Origin: an uncultured Bacteroidales bacterium
Lineage (GTDB): Bacteria > Planctomycetota > Planctomycetia > Gemmatales > HRBIN36
DNA: 34,568 bases
Reading direction: 5' to 3'
Assembly: GCA_964410845.1 (NCBI GenBank)
Contig: CAYPJB010000003.1
Coordinates: 1-34,568 of the forward strand
A model generated the notes under the pieces. The model saw only the letters and a list, made by a program, of their open reading frames with translations. It was not told the DNA's origin and searched no databases. Positions 23,097 to 30,793 of the stretch are shown here, one piece after another (position 1 is the first letter of the stretch; every line of letters starts with the position of its first letter). The position numbers were made by a program, and so were the translations under genes.

Positions 23097-23528
23097 GTGA
23101 GCAAATTCAGCAGCTATCGTGAATTGAAATGCTGGCAAGATTCAATGACACTGGTTGAATCTGTGTTTCGAATATCTACCAGTTTTCCAAAGGAAGAACA
23201 GTTTGGTTTCGTGTCACAACTGCGACGTTCAGCTCTCTCGGTTCCTTCAAACATAGCAGAAGGACAAGGAAGAGACTCCAGGAAAGAATTCCTGCGATTT
23301 CTTGGAATTGCTCGTGGCTCCCTCCAGGAACTTGAAACCCAACTGATTCTCGCTCATCGATTGGCTTGGCTCGATACTTCAACTTTTGAGAAGTTGAGTT
23401 CCATGATTACGGAAATCAGAAGAATGTTGAACGGTTTATGCAAGTACCTCCGTACCGGCATGACTGGCAAGACCACTACAGTTCTTAACCAACAACAAAC
23501 AACCAACAACGAACAACTATTACCATGA
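23097..23528 (+). CDS. four-helix-bundle protein of the 23S rRNA intervening-sequence protein family
   Basis: YRELKCWQDSMTLVESVF...FPKEEQFGFVSQLRRSALSVPSNIAEGQGR...EFLRFLGIARGSLQELETQL is the hallmark pattern of this family. GTG start preceded by AGGAGAAGAAGG. The stop overlaps the next ATG (ATGA). Confidence 0.9.
   Translation: MSKFSSYRELKCWQDSMTLVESVFRISTSFPKEEQFGFVSQLRRSALSVPSNIAEGQGRDSRKEFLRFLGIARGSLQELETQLILAHRLAWLDTSTFEKLSSMITEIRRMLNGLCKYLRTGMTGKTTTVLNQQQTTNNEQLLP
23487..23518. repeat. right (CAAC-rich) arm of the 32-bp inverted repeat
   Basis: AACCAACAACAAACAACCAACAACGAACAACT. It lies inside the 3' end of the four-helix-bundle ORF (translated as NQQQTTNNEQL) and ends 6 nt before the permease-2 ATG. 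Confidence 0.75.
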
Positions 23529-24754
23529 TTCCCGTCCGTTACAACTACCGAAATCTGGCTGTACGCTGGCGAACGACGTTGCTGACTGCCATCGGTTTTA
23601 CCCTGGTCGTCTCTCTACTCGTCGTGATGCTGGCGTTCGTCCGTGGGCTGGCGGCGCTGGCAGACAATGCTGGTCACCCGGGAAATGTCATCATCCTGAA
23701 GGATGGCGCCAACGATGAACTCTTCAGCGAGATCAACATCGATGATGTCCACAAGACGCTCTTTTCACTCTGGAGCAGTGATGACACCGTCACTCGCGAT
23801 CCTGATGGCACTGCCTGGGTGAGCATGGAAGTCTATGGCATCGCCACCCAGGAACTGCCTGCCAAGGAACCGGGCGGACGGCCCAGTTATCGATTCATCC
23901 AGATTCGAGGCATGGAAGATCCCATCATGGCAGGCAAGGTCCATGCATTGAAACTCAAATCGGGTGGACAGTGGTTTGACCGCAGCGGCAATCAGTGCGT
24001 GCTGGGCGAAGGGATTGCCCGCGTTCTCGGCCTCAAGGTCGGCGATACTTTCCGCCCACGCCCCGGACTTCCACCCTTGTGGCAGGTGGTTGGCATCATC
24101 GAATCGGCAGGCTCACCCTTCGATTCCGAAATCTGGGCCAAACGCGAAGATGTCGGCAAGTATTTCGGCAAGGACAATGAAGAACGCAAGCAAAGCATGT
24201 ACACCACCATCGTGCTCAGACTGCCCACCTACGAAATAGCATCGCAGGCTTGTGCCTACTACAAAGATCTCCCCGATTTCAAGGTCAATGCCATGCCCGA
24301 AAAGGACTATTACCAGAAGCTGACGGAAAATACTCGTACCTTCCAGGTGGCTGCCATCGTCATCGCCATCATCATGGCAGTGGGCGGTTGCTTCGGTCTG
24401 ATGAACACGATGTTTGCCGCAGTCGCACAGCGTGTCAAGGATATCGGTGTGCTTCGCATTATCGGCTACTCCAAGCTGCAGATCCTGATCTCGTTCCTGG
24501 TGGAATCGTTGCTGATCGCCGCGCTCGGAGGCATTCTCGGCGTGCTGATTGGCCTGGGTGTCAATGGCATTGAACAAAAAGGGCAACTCAGCTCAGGCCA
24601 GGGCGGAGGCAGCAAGACCGTTGTCTTTAAGATGGTGGTAGATAAAGAAGTTATTCGGGTGGCTTGCATCTTTACTGTCGTGATGGGTTTGTTGGGGGGC
24701 ATCATCCCTGCTGTCTCCGCTATGCGGATCAAACCTCTGGATGCAGTCCGCTAA
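23525..24754 (+). CDS. FtsX-like (MacB-type) ABC transporter permease, subunit 2
   Basis: Same architecture as subunit 1 (YRNLAVRWRTTLLT plus TM1, periplasmic domain, FtsX-type C-terminal TMs with VKDIGVLRIIGY). Confidence 0.85.
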   Translation: MIPVRYNYRNLAVRWRTTLLTAIGFTLVVSLLVVMLAFVRGLAALADNAGHPGNVIILKDGANDELFSEINIDDVHKTLFSLWSSDDTVTRDPDGTAWVSMEVYGIATQELPAKEPGGRPSYRFIQIRGMEDPIMAGKVHALKLKSGGQWFDRSGNQCVLGEGIARVLGLKVGDTFRPRPGLPPLWQVVGIIESAGSPFDSEIWAKREDVGKYFGKDNEERKQSMYTTIVLRLPTYEIASQACAYYKDLPDFKVNAMPEKDYYQKLTENTRTFQVAAIVIAIIMAVGGCFGLMNTMFAAVAQRVKDIGVLRIIGYSKLQILISFLVESLLIAALGGILGVLIGLGVNGIEQKGQLSSGQGGGSKTVVFKMVVDKEVIRVACIFTVVMGLLGGIIPAVSAMRIKPLDAVR

Positions 24755-24768
24755 CCGGAGGTGGCTGG

Positions 24769-26067
24769 ATGAAACCGTTGGGAATTGTGCTCCTGGGTTG
24801 TGGTGTCGTAGGCAGCGGCGTGGTGCGGCTGCTCACCGAACACCGCGAGCGGCTCGAACGCCGGGCAGGTCGCTCACTGCAGTTGCACAAAGTGGTTGTG
24901 CGCGATGTCGACAAGGAACGCCTGGTCAAAGTGCCTGCTGAACTGATCTCGACCGACTTCGAAGAAGTCTTCAACAATCCGAATGTCGATGTAGTCGTTG
25001 AATTGATGGGCGGTCTGGAACCAGCCCGCAGTCACATGCTCCGCTGTTTCGCCAGGAAGAAGCACGTTATCACGGCGAACAAGGCTGTTCTGGCGACATT
25101 TGGCGATGAGCTATTTGCTGCAGCCCATCAGTCTGGTTGCACGTTGGGAATGGAAGCCAGCGTCGGTGGCGGCATACCGATCATTCATGCCCTGACACAA
25201 GGCCTGGCTGCCAACCAGATCACCGCCATCAAGGCTATCCTGAACGGAACCACTAATTTCATCCTGGCAGCGATGTCCGAGAGACATCTCTCCTACGCTG
25301 ATGCCTTGCGCGAAGCACAGAGGCTGGGATATGCTGAAGCGGATCCGACCCTGGATGTCACCGGCATGGATTCAGCCCAGAAGCTGGCGGTACTGGCTCG
25401 TATCTGCTTCGGCGTCAGCATCCAGGGCGATGCGATTGAACGGCGAGGCATCCAGAAGATCGATCTGCTCGATATCCACTATGCCCGCGAAATGGGATAT
25501 GTCATCAAGCTCATTGCTGAAGCCTGGATGAGCGAACACCGGGTGGCCTTGCATGTCGAGCCGACATTGGTACACCGTTTTGATCCGCTGGCACAGATGC
25601 CCGGAGCGTACAACGCCATCGAACTGATAGGCGACGTGGTGAAGGATTCACTGCTCTGTGGCCCCGGAGCGGGCCAGATGCCAACCGCCAGCGCTGTGGT
25701 GGCAGACTTGATCGACCTGGCCCTGGGGCATGCGGCCATCAGCTTTAACAGCATGAAACTTTGGGAGACGGACAGAGGCATCGGCCTGCGATCGCCTTCC
25801 GAGATTGAAAGTCGGTTCTACTTACGGGTGAATGCCGAGGAACAGCCCGGCAGCCTGGCACAAATCACTGGCATTCTGGGCAAGGAGCACATCAGTGTTG
25901 CTTCTATTGTGCAGCATGAACAACTGGAAACCCAGCGCGGCCTGGCGGTCCCCATTGTCATCAGTACCCACGCCAGCAATCTGGGCTCTATTCGCAAGGC
26001 TATCCATGCCATTGATGCCCTGGAATGCAGCCTGGCTCCGAGCATCTATATGCCGATTGCTGAGTAA
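24769..26067 (+). CDS. hom: homoserine dehydrogenase
   Basis: NAD-binding start LGIVLLGCGVVGSGV, catalytic region (ANKA...EASVGGGIPII...ILNGTTNFIL...AEADPT.D..G.D), and a C-terminal ACT domain. I prefer ATG 24769, which is preceded by GGAGG; the track ORF extends to 24664 and overlaps the permease. Confidence 0.9.
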   Translation: MKPLGIVLLGCGVVGSGVVRLLTEHRERLERRAGRSLQLHKVVVRDVDKERLVKVPAELISTDFEEVFNNPNVDVVVELMGGLEPARSHMLRCFARKKHVITANKAVLATFGDELFAAAHQSGCTLGMEASVGGGIPIIHALTQGLAANQITAIKAILNGTTNFILAAMSERHLSYADALREAQRLGYAEADPTLDVTGMDSAQKLAVLARICFGVSIQGDAIERRGIQKIDLLDIHYAREMGYVIKLIAEAWMSEHRVALHVEPTLVHRFDPLAQMPGAYNAIELIGDVVKDSLLCGPGAGQMPTASAVVADLIDLALGHAAISFNSMKLWETDRGIGLRSPSEIESRFYLRVNAEEQPGSLAQITGILGKEHISVASIVQHEQLETQRGLAVPIVISTHASNLGSIRKAIHAIDALECSLAPSIYMPIAE

Positions 26068-26096
26068 TAGGTGCTCAGAATCATTTGTAAGATAGT

Positions 26097-27833
26097 GTGA
26101 ACTATACTAGTATTGAAGCGTGGCGAACTCCGTATTCAGGTACCTATCCTGGTTCATTGGCAGATCTTGTGAGTCAAAACGAACAGAATATAGACTCGAT
26201 TCTCGACAAACCGAGTGGAGACGAGTCGTTATCGCATGATGCGGGATTACAGTATCTTTCACGAGAGAGTTATTCCTCGTTGATGGAAATATGGAAAGCC
26301 CGCACGTCTGATGGTCGTTTGCGTCAGGTCAAGATTCTGAAAGGGCTTTCACAACAACGCACGTTGACCGACAAGGAACTGGAGAAACTCGCCTACCTTA
26401 AGTATTTGAAGCATCCCAGGCTTGCTCCAGTCGACGAGATCCTGTTTGACGAAGGCCGAGTGCTCCTGATCAGTAATCTTCCCGAGATGACCCTGTACGA
26501 TCGCTGGAAACTGCTGAAGACCCAGGGCAAGCCGGGAATCGATCGCAAGGAATTGCTGCAGTACCTGGCGATCATCACCGAATCGCTGGAATACCTGGCA
26601 CGCCACGCCCAGTTATACCACCTGTATCTCAATCCGCATTCGCTCTACTATTTCAGCGGCAGGCTTCGTGTAGCAGACTACAGCCTGCCCCAGCTTGCCT
26701 GGCTCCCTGCCGGGCAGTCGCTCAATCAGTTGGGGCTGCGCTATGCAGCTCCTGAACTCTTTGAAAATGCCTACCATCAGCATTCGGATCAGTACAGCCT
26801 GGCCCTGCTCTACGCGGAAATGCTCACCGGGCAATTGCCCATTCACGGCAATACCCTGAACCAATGGCGGGAACAGCGGCGGAGTATGAAGTTCGATCTG
26901 AAACTGCTGCCCGCTCACGAACACGAAGTGCTCTACAAGGCGCTGGAGTATGAACCCAGCAGACGCTATGCATCATGCACGAGTTTCCTCGAGAACCTGA
27001 TTCAGTCAATTCAGAATTCCAGTGGATACCGCAAGAAATCTCAGGATCCCAAGACAGCAACTGATGCCTCGCTCATGCTGACGGGCGAGACCGTTCCGAT
27101 CATCCCCCAGAATGAAGTAGACATCATCGTCAGGCGATTGATCCAGGTGATCGCGATGAAGACGGTCTACAACAAGGATCAAGGCATCCGCTTTCTGATC
27201 GATGATCAGGGCAAGGTCATCCATCGCTGTGCTGCCTGGCTGCCGGGCGGATTGGCCACCAAGAAGCTGGAAGGCTTTGCACATGAATGGGATGCCAAGC
27301 TTGTACATGTGAACAACCAGACGCACGAATACATCTACAAGATTCGGATGGGGCAAAGCATCTGGCAGAAGCTGGTGGGACGGAAAGCTGAGTTCATCGA
27401 GATTCGCATTCACATGGTTCCGCCCAAGGAAGTGAACGTCAAGCAGACCGAAGTGGAGATCCAACTGGGTTACACCGATGCCAAGCCCGAAAATGAACGA
27501 GACAGGCTCGAAATCGTGGTACCGGCATTGCTGTGCAGCTTAAGAACCTACTTGCTGGCCAAATCCGAAGCACGTGTCGCTGAACGGTATAAGCACCAGA
27601 CCAAGGTCTACCTGTATCCGGTCTATGTCAACAGCATGGGTGATCCGGTGGCAGGGATAACACAAGACATCAGTTATTCGGGAATGCGGGTCTTTTCCAC
27701 TTCCGAGTTCACGGCGAACGACTGCATCGTCCAGATTCATACTGCTGAGTTCGGCTCGCTGATCCTGCCTGCCAAGGTGTTGCGCTGCGAACCACTCTCC
27801 ACCGGGATGTACGACATCGGCCTCAAGTTTTAG
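26097..27833 (+). CDS. protein-kinase-like (predicted pseudokinase) protein with C-terminal PilZ domain
   Basis: The kinase fold is recognisable (VKIL lysine, LKHPRLAPV, AAPE, DQYSLALLYAEMLTG, PSRRY). However, HLYLNPHS replaces HRDLKPxN, DYS replaces DFG, and there is no Gly-rich loop. The C-terminal domain carries both PilZ motifs, RVAER (RxxxR, residues 493-497) and DISYSG (DxSxxG, residues 524-529). GTG start. Confidence 0.75.
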   Translation: MNYTSIEAWRTPYSGTYPGSLADLVSQNEQNIDSILDKPSGDESLSHDAGLQYLSRESYSSLMEIWKARTSDGRLRQVKILKGLSQQRTLTDKELEKLAYLKYLKHPRLAPVDEILFDEGRVLLISNLPEMTLYDRWKLLKTQGKPGIDRKELLQYLAIITESLEYLARHAQLYHLYLNPHSLYYFSGRLRVADYSLPQLAWLPAGQSLNQLGLRYAAPELFENAYHQHSDQYSLALLYAEMLTGQLPIHGNTLNQWREQRRSMKFDLKLLPAHEHEVLYKALEYEPSRRYASCTSFLENLIQSIQNSSGYRKKSQDPKTATDASLMLTGETVPIIPQNEVDIIVRRLIQVIAMKTVYNKDQGIRFLIDDQGKVIHRCAAWLPGGLATKKLEGFAHEWDAKLVHVNNQTHEYIYKIRMGQSIWQKLVGRKAEFIEIRIHMVPPKEVNVKQTEVEIQLGYTDAKPENERDRLEIVVPALLCSLRTYLLAKSEARVAERYKHQTKVYLYPVYVNSMGDPVAGITQDISYSGMRVFSTSEFTANDCIVQIHTAEFGSLILPAKVLRCEPLSTGMYDIGLKF

Positions 27834-27911
27834 CGGATTGAAAACTATAGATACTGGTCGCTGATTGTGTTATCCTAATCGAATCCCACCTACTTCTGAG
27901 CATTGAGAATG

Positions 27912-27959
27912 CAGGACTGAGCACTGACTTCTCAGGACTCAGCACCCAGGACTCCGCAC
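27912..27959 (+). promoter_or_regulatory. three closely spaced copies of CAGGACTNNGCAC immediately upstream of the PSCyt gene
   Basis: CAGGACTGAGCAC (27912-27924), CAGGACTCAGCAC (27933-27945) and CAGGACTCCGCAC (27947-27959). The last copy ends 7 nt before the ATG. Confidence 0.3.
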
Positions 27960-27966
27960 CATCATC

Positions 27967-30789
27967 ATGCTTCGATACCTTCTCCTTTCCGTCTGCATCA
28001 TGGCCTGTTCAGGCATCGCAGCCGCTGAGGATGCCAATTTGGATCTCTTCGAGAAAGCCATTCGTCCGCTGTTTGCCCAGCAATGTGTGAGTTGCCATGG
28101 GCCGCAGAAACAGAAGGGTGGGCTTCGGCTGGATGAACCGCAGTTCATCACCAGGGGAGGCGATTCCGGCAAGATCATCATCGCGGGCTCGCCAGAGAAG
28201 AGCCTTCTCTTTCAAGCGGTCAGTTATAACGACGATGCCCTCAAGATGCCGCCTCGAGGCAAGTTGCTTGCCGAGCAGATGGAAAGCCTGCGCCGCTGGA
28301 TTGCAGGCGGAGCTGCGCTGCCCTCTTCAAACCATACCACCAAGGCCAGTACGGCCAGTTTTCCACTTGCTGAGCGAGTGAAACACTGGTGTTATCAACC
28401 ACTCCAGCAGGCAGCCTTGCCTGACATGAGCAATCCAACGAGCAACCCCATCGATGCGTTTGTTCAGCATGCCTGGAAGAGACAGGGGCTGAAACCTGCC
28501 CAAGAAGTGAACAAGGCTGCCTGGCTCCGTCGGGTGACGTTCGATCTTATTGGTTTGCCCCCCACCGCTGAAGAACTGCTGGCTTTCGAACAGGATACCA
28601 CTGCGGAAGCATATGCCAAAGTGGTTGATCGACTGCTGTCCCGTCCCCAGTACGGCGAACGCTGGGCCAGGCATTGGCTCGACCTGATGCGCTACGCCGA
28701 TACGCTAGGCCACGAATTTGACTTCGATCTCCCCAACGCTTGGCGTTACCGCAACTACCTGATTCGAGCACTGAACGAAGATGTTCCCTATCAGCAGTTC
28801 GTGCGTGAACACCTGGCAGGCGATCTGATTCCAAAGCCTCGCATCAACGCCAGGGAACACTGGAACGAATCGATCCAGGCTACCGGCTTTCTGTGGCTGG
28901 GTGAAGGCAAGCAGGCTCCCGTGGACGTCCGCCAGGAACAGGCGGACCGTATCGATAACCAGATCGATGTCATCGGCAAAGCCTTTCTGGGCCAGACCAT
29001 TGCCTGTGCCCGCTGCCATGATCACAAGTTCGATGCCATTGCCACCAGAGACTACTACGCCCTCTATGGGGTACTGAAGAGCTCCCGGTATCAGCAGGCC
29101 ATCATTGATGATGTTGCCGATCTGGAGCCAACTTACACAGCCCTATCGAAGCTGGTGTCGAGCCAGCAAACGTCTGCGACACAACCACTCAGCCCAAAAG
29201 AGATGGCACCACTGCAGTTGCTGACCAATGCCAGTTCCCAGGGCCCAGCCTGGCAGTTCAGCATCAATCCTGCAGAGATCTGCTCGGTGCATCCCAAGAC
29301 GAAGAAACCGATGCTGCGGACGATCCCTGCTGGCAGTTGGGATAGCGGCATGCTCAGCGATAAACTCGAGGGCGCTCTCCGCACCAAGACGTTCACCATC
29401 GACCAACCCTATCTGCATGTCGGTGTGGCCGGCCATGGCGGGCGCGTTCGACTCGTCGTCGATGGATTCTCCGTCATTCGCGATCCCATCTATGGCAGCC
29501 TGCGTCGCATTGTAAATAATCTGGAGCCTGCCTGGCTCACGTTCAACGTCACGGCGTGGAGAGGTCGTGAAGCCTATCTCGAATTCCTCGATGGTGGTCC
29601 AGCCGATTTGAGCATGTCGCTCGATCATGCTCCGGGCCATGAAGCCTGGCTGCAGGTGCAACAGGCCCACCTCAGCAAGGACGCCAAACCTCAGACTAAA
29701 TTATCATCGCCCAAGACGGGAGATGTCAATGATCCGAAGTGGAAAACCTTCCTTGAACAAAAGCAATCTCTCGAAGCCAGGCTCCAACCTGCCCGGTACG
29801 CTCTCGCCACCGCCGAAGGCAGCGGCAGCGACGAACAGGTCTTCATCCGAGGCAACCACCGTTTGCCGGGCGAACGTGTGCCACGTGGGCTCTCCACCAT
29901 CTTTTGTGGCACAGCTCCGCTGCCCGTTGAAACAGGTTCAGGTCGGCTGGCTCTTGCAGAACGGCTGACCAATCCCGAACTCAACCCCCTTCTCGTTCGT
30001 GTCATCGTCAATCGCTTGTGGAAGCATCATTTTGGCGAAGGATTGGTGCGAACCGTGGACGATTTCGGGCACATGGGCGAAGCTCCATCGCATCCAGAAT
30101 TGCTCGATTTCCTCTGCAACCAGTTCATCACTGACGGCTGGTCGCTCAAGAAGCTCCATCGACTGATGGTCTTGAGCAGCACCTATCGCCTGGGCAACAG
30201 CATCGACGATCCAGCAAAGGATCCCCAGCGACGCTGGCTGACGCACCTGCCCCTTCGCCGTCTGGAAGCAGAAGCCTGGCGTGATTCCATGCTTGCCATC
30301 GCAGGCAAGCTCCGCACCGAGGGAGCGGACGCCGGTGTAATGCCACACCTGACCAGCAGCATGCAGGGACGAGGCAAGCCCGGCGTCAGTGGCCCACTCG
30401 ATGGAAATGGCTACCGTAGCATCTATCTCAGTGTTCGTCGCAACTTTCTTCCTTCGTGGGCAACCGCTTTCGATTTCCCCACACCATTCACTGCCATTGG
30501 AAAGCGATCCGTTTCGAATACGCCTGCCCAGGGTCTTACCCTCATGAACGATCCCCTGGTGCTTCATCTGGCTGAAGTCTGGGCTGAGAACCTGCTGAAG
30601 CAGAACCTCGATACCAACCAGCGACTGCACAGAATGTACATGCAGGCATTCTGTCGACAGCCTGTCAGCGATGAACTGCAGACGATGCAGCGCTATCTCG
30701 CAGAACATCCTGCCGGGAACGAGAAGAAGGCATGGACGGATATCGCCCATGCCCTCTTCAGCAGCAAAGAGTTTATTCTGATACCCTGA
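27967..30789 (+). CDS. PSCyt1 / DUF1549 / DUF1553 domain protein (planctomycete cytochrome-c-like)
   Basis: Signal peptide. CVSCHGPQKQKGGLRLD haem-binding-like motif (PSCyt1). DUF1549 block (RRVTFDLIGLPPTAEEL). CARCHDHKFD. DUF1553 C-terminal block (FDFP...SNTPAQGLTLMNDP). Confidence 0.9.
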   Translation: MLRYLLLSVCIMACSGIAAAEDANLDLFEKAIRPLFAQQCVSCHGPQKQKGGLRLDEPQFITRGGDSGKIIIAGSPEKSLLFQAVSYNDDALKMPPRGKLLAEQMESLRRWIAGGAALPSSNHTTKASTASFPLAERVKHWCYQPLQQAALPDMSNPTSNPIDAFVQHAWKRQGLKPAQEVNKAAWLRRVTFDLIGLPPTAEELLAFEQDTTAEAYAKVVDRLLSRPQYGERWARHWLDLMRYADTLGHEFDFDLPNAWRYRNYLIRALNEDVPYQQFVREHLAGDLIPKPRINAREHWNESIQATGFLWLGEGKQAPVDVRQEQADRIDNQIDVIGKAFLGQTIACARCHDHKFDAIATRDYYALYGVLKSSRYQQAIIDDVADLEPTYTALSKLVSSQQTSATQPLSPKEMAPLQLLTNASSQGPAWQFSINPAEICSVHPKTKKPMLRTIPAGSWDSGMLSDKLEGALRTKTFTIDQPYLHVGVAGHGGRVRLVVDGFSVIRDPIYGSLRRIVNNLEPAWLTFNVTAWRGREAYLEFLDGGPADLSMSLDHAPGHEAWLQVQQAHLSKDAKPQTKLSSPKTGDVNDPKWKTFLEQKQSLEARLQPARYALATAEGSGSDEQVFIRGNHRLPGERVPRGLSTIFCGTAPLPVETGSGRLALAERLTNPELNPLLVRVIVNRLWKHHFGEGLVRTVDDFGHMGEAPSHPELLDFLCNQFITDGWSLKKLHRLMVLSSTYRLGNSIDDPAKDPQRRWLTHLPLRRLEAEAWRDSMLAIAGKLRTEGADAGVMPHLTSSMQGRGKPGVSGPLDGNGYRSIYLSVRRNFLPSWATAFDFPTPFTAIGKRSVSNTPAQGLTLMNDPLVLHLAEVWAENLLKQNLDTNQRLHRMYMQAFCRQPVSDELQTMQRYLAEHPAGNEKKAWTDIAHALFSSKEFILIP

Positions 30790-30793
30790 TCAA

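Noticed and set aside
23097-23528. The four-helix-bundle protein as the Avd accessory protein of a diversity-generating retroelement.
   Set aside because: Avd proteins share this fold and family resemblance. However, the window has no reverse transcriptase and no template/variable repeat pair, and the gene sits inside an ABC transporter operon.
24664-24768. An upstream extension of the homoserine dehydrogenase ORF that overlaps the permease gene by about 90 nt.
   Set aside because: The extension (MHLYCRDGFVGGHHPCC...) has no similarity to Hom N-termini. ATG 24769 is preceded by GGAGG and starts directly at the Rossmann GxGxxG strand.
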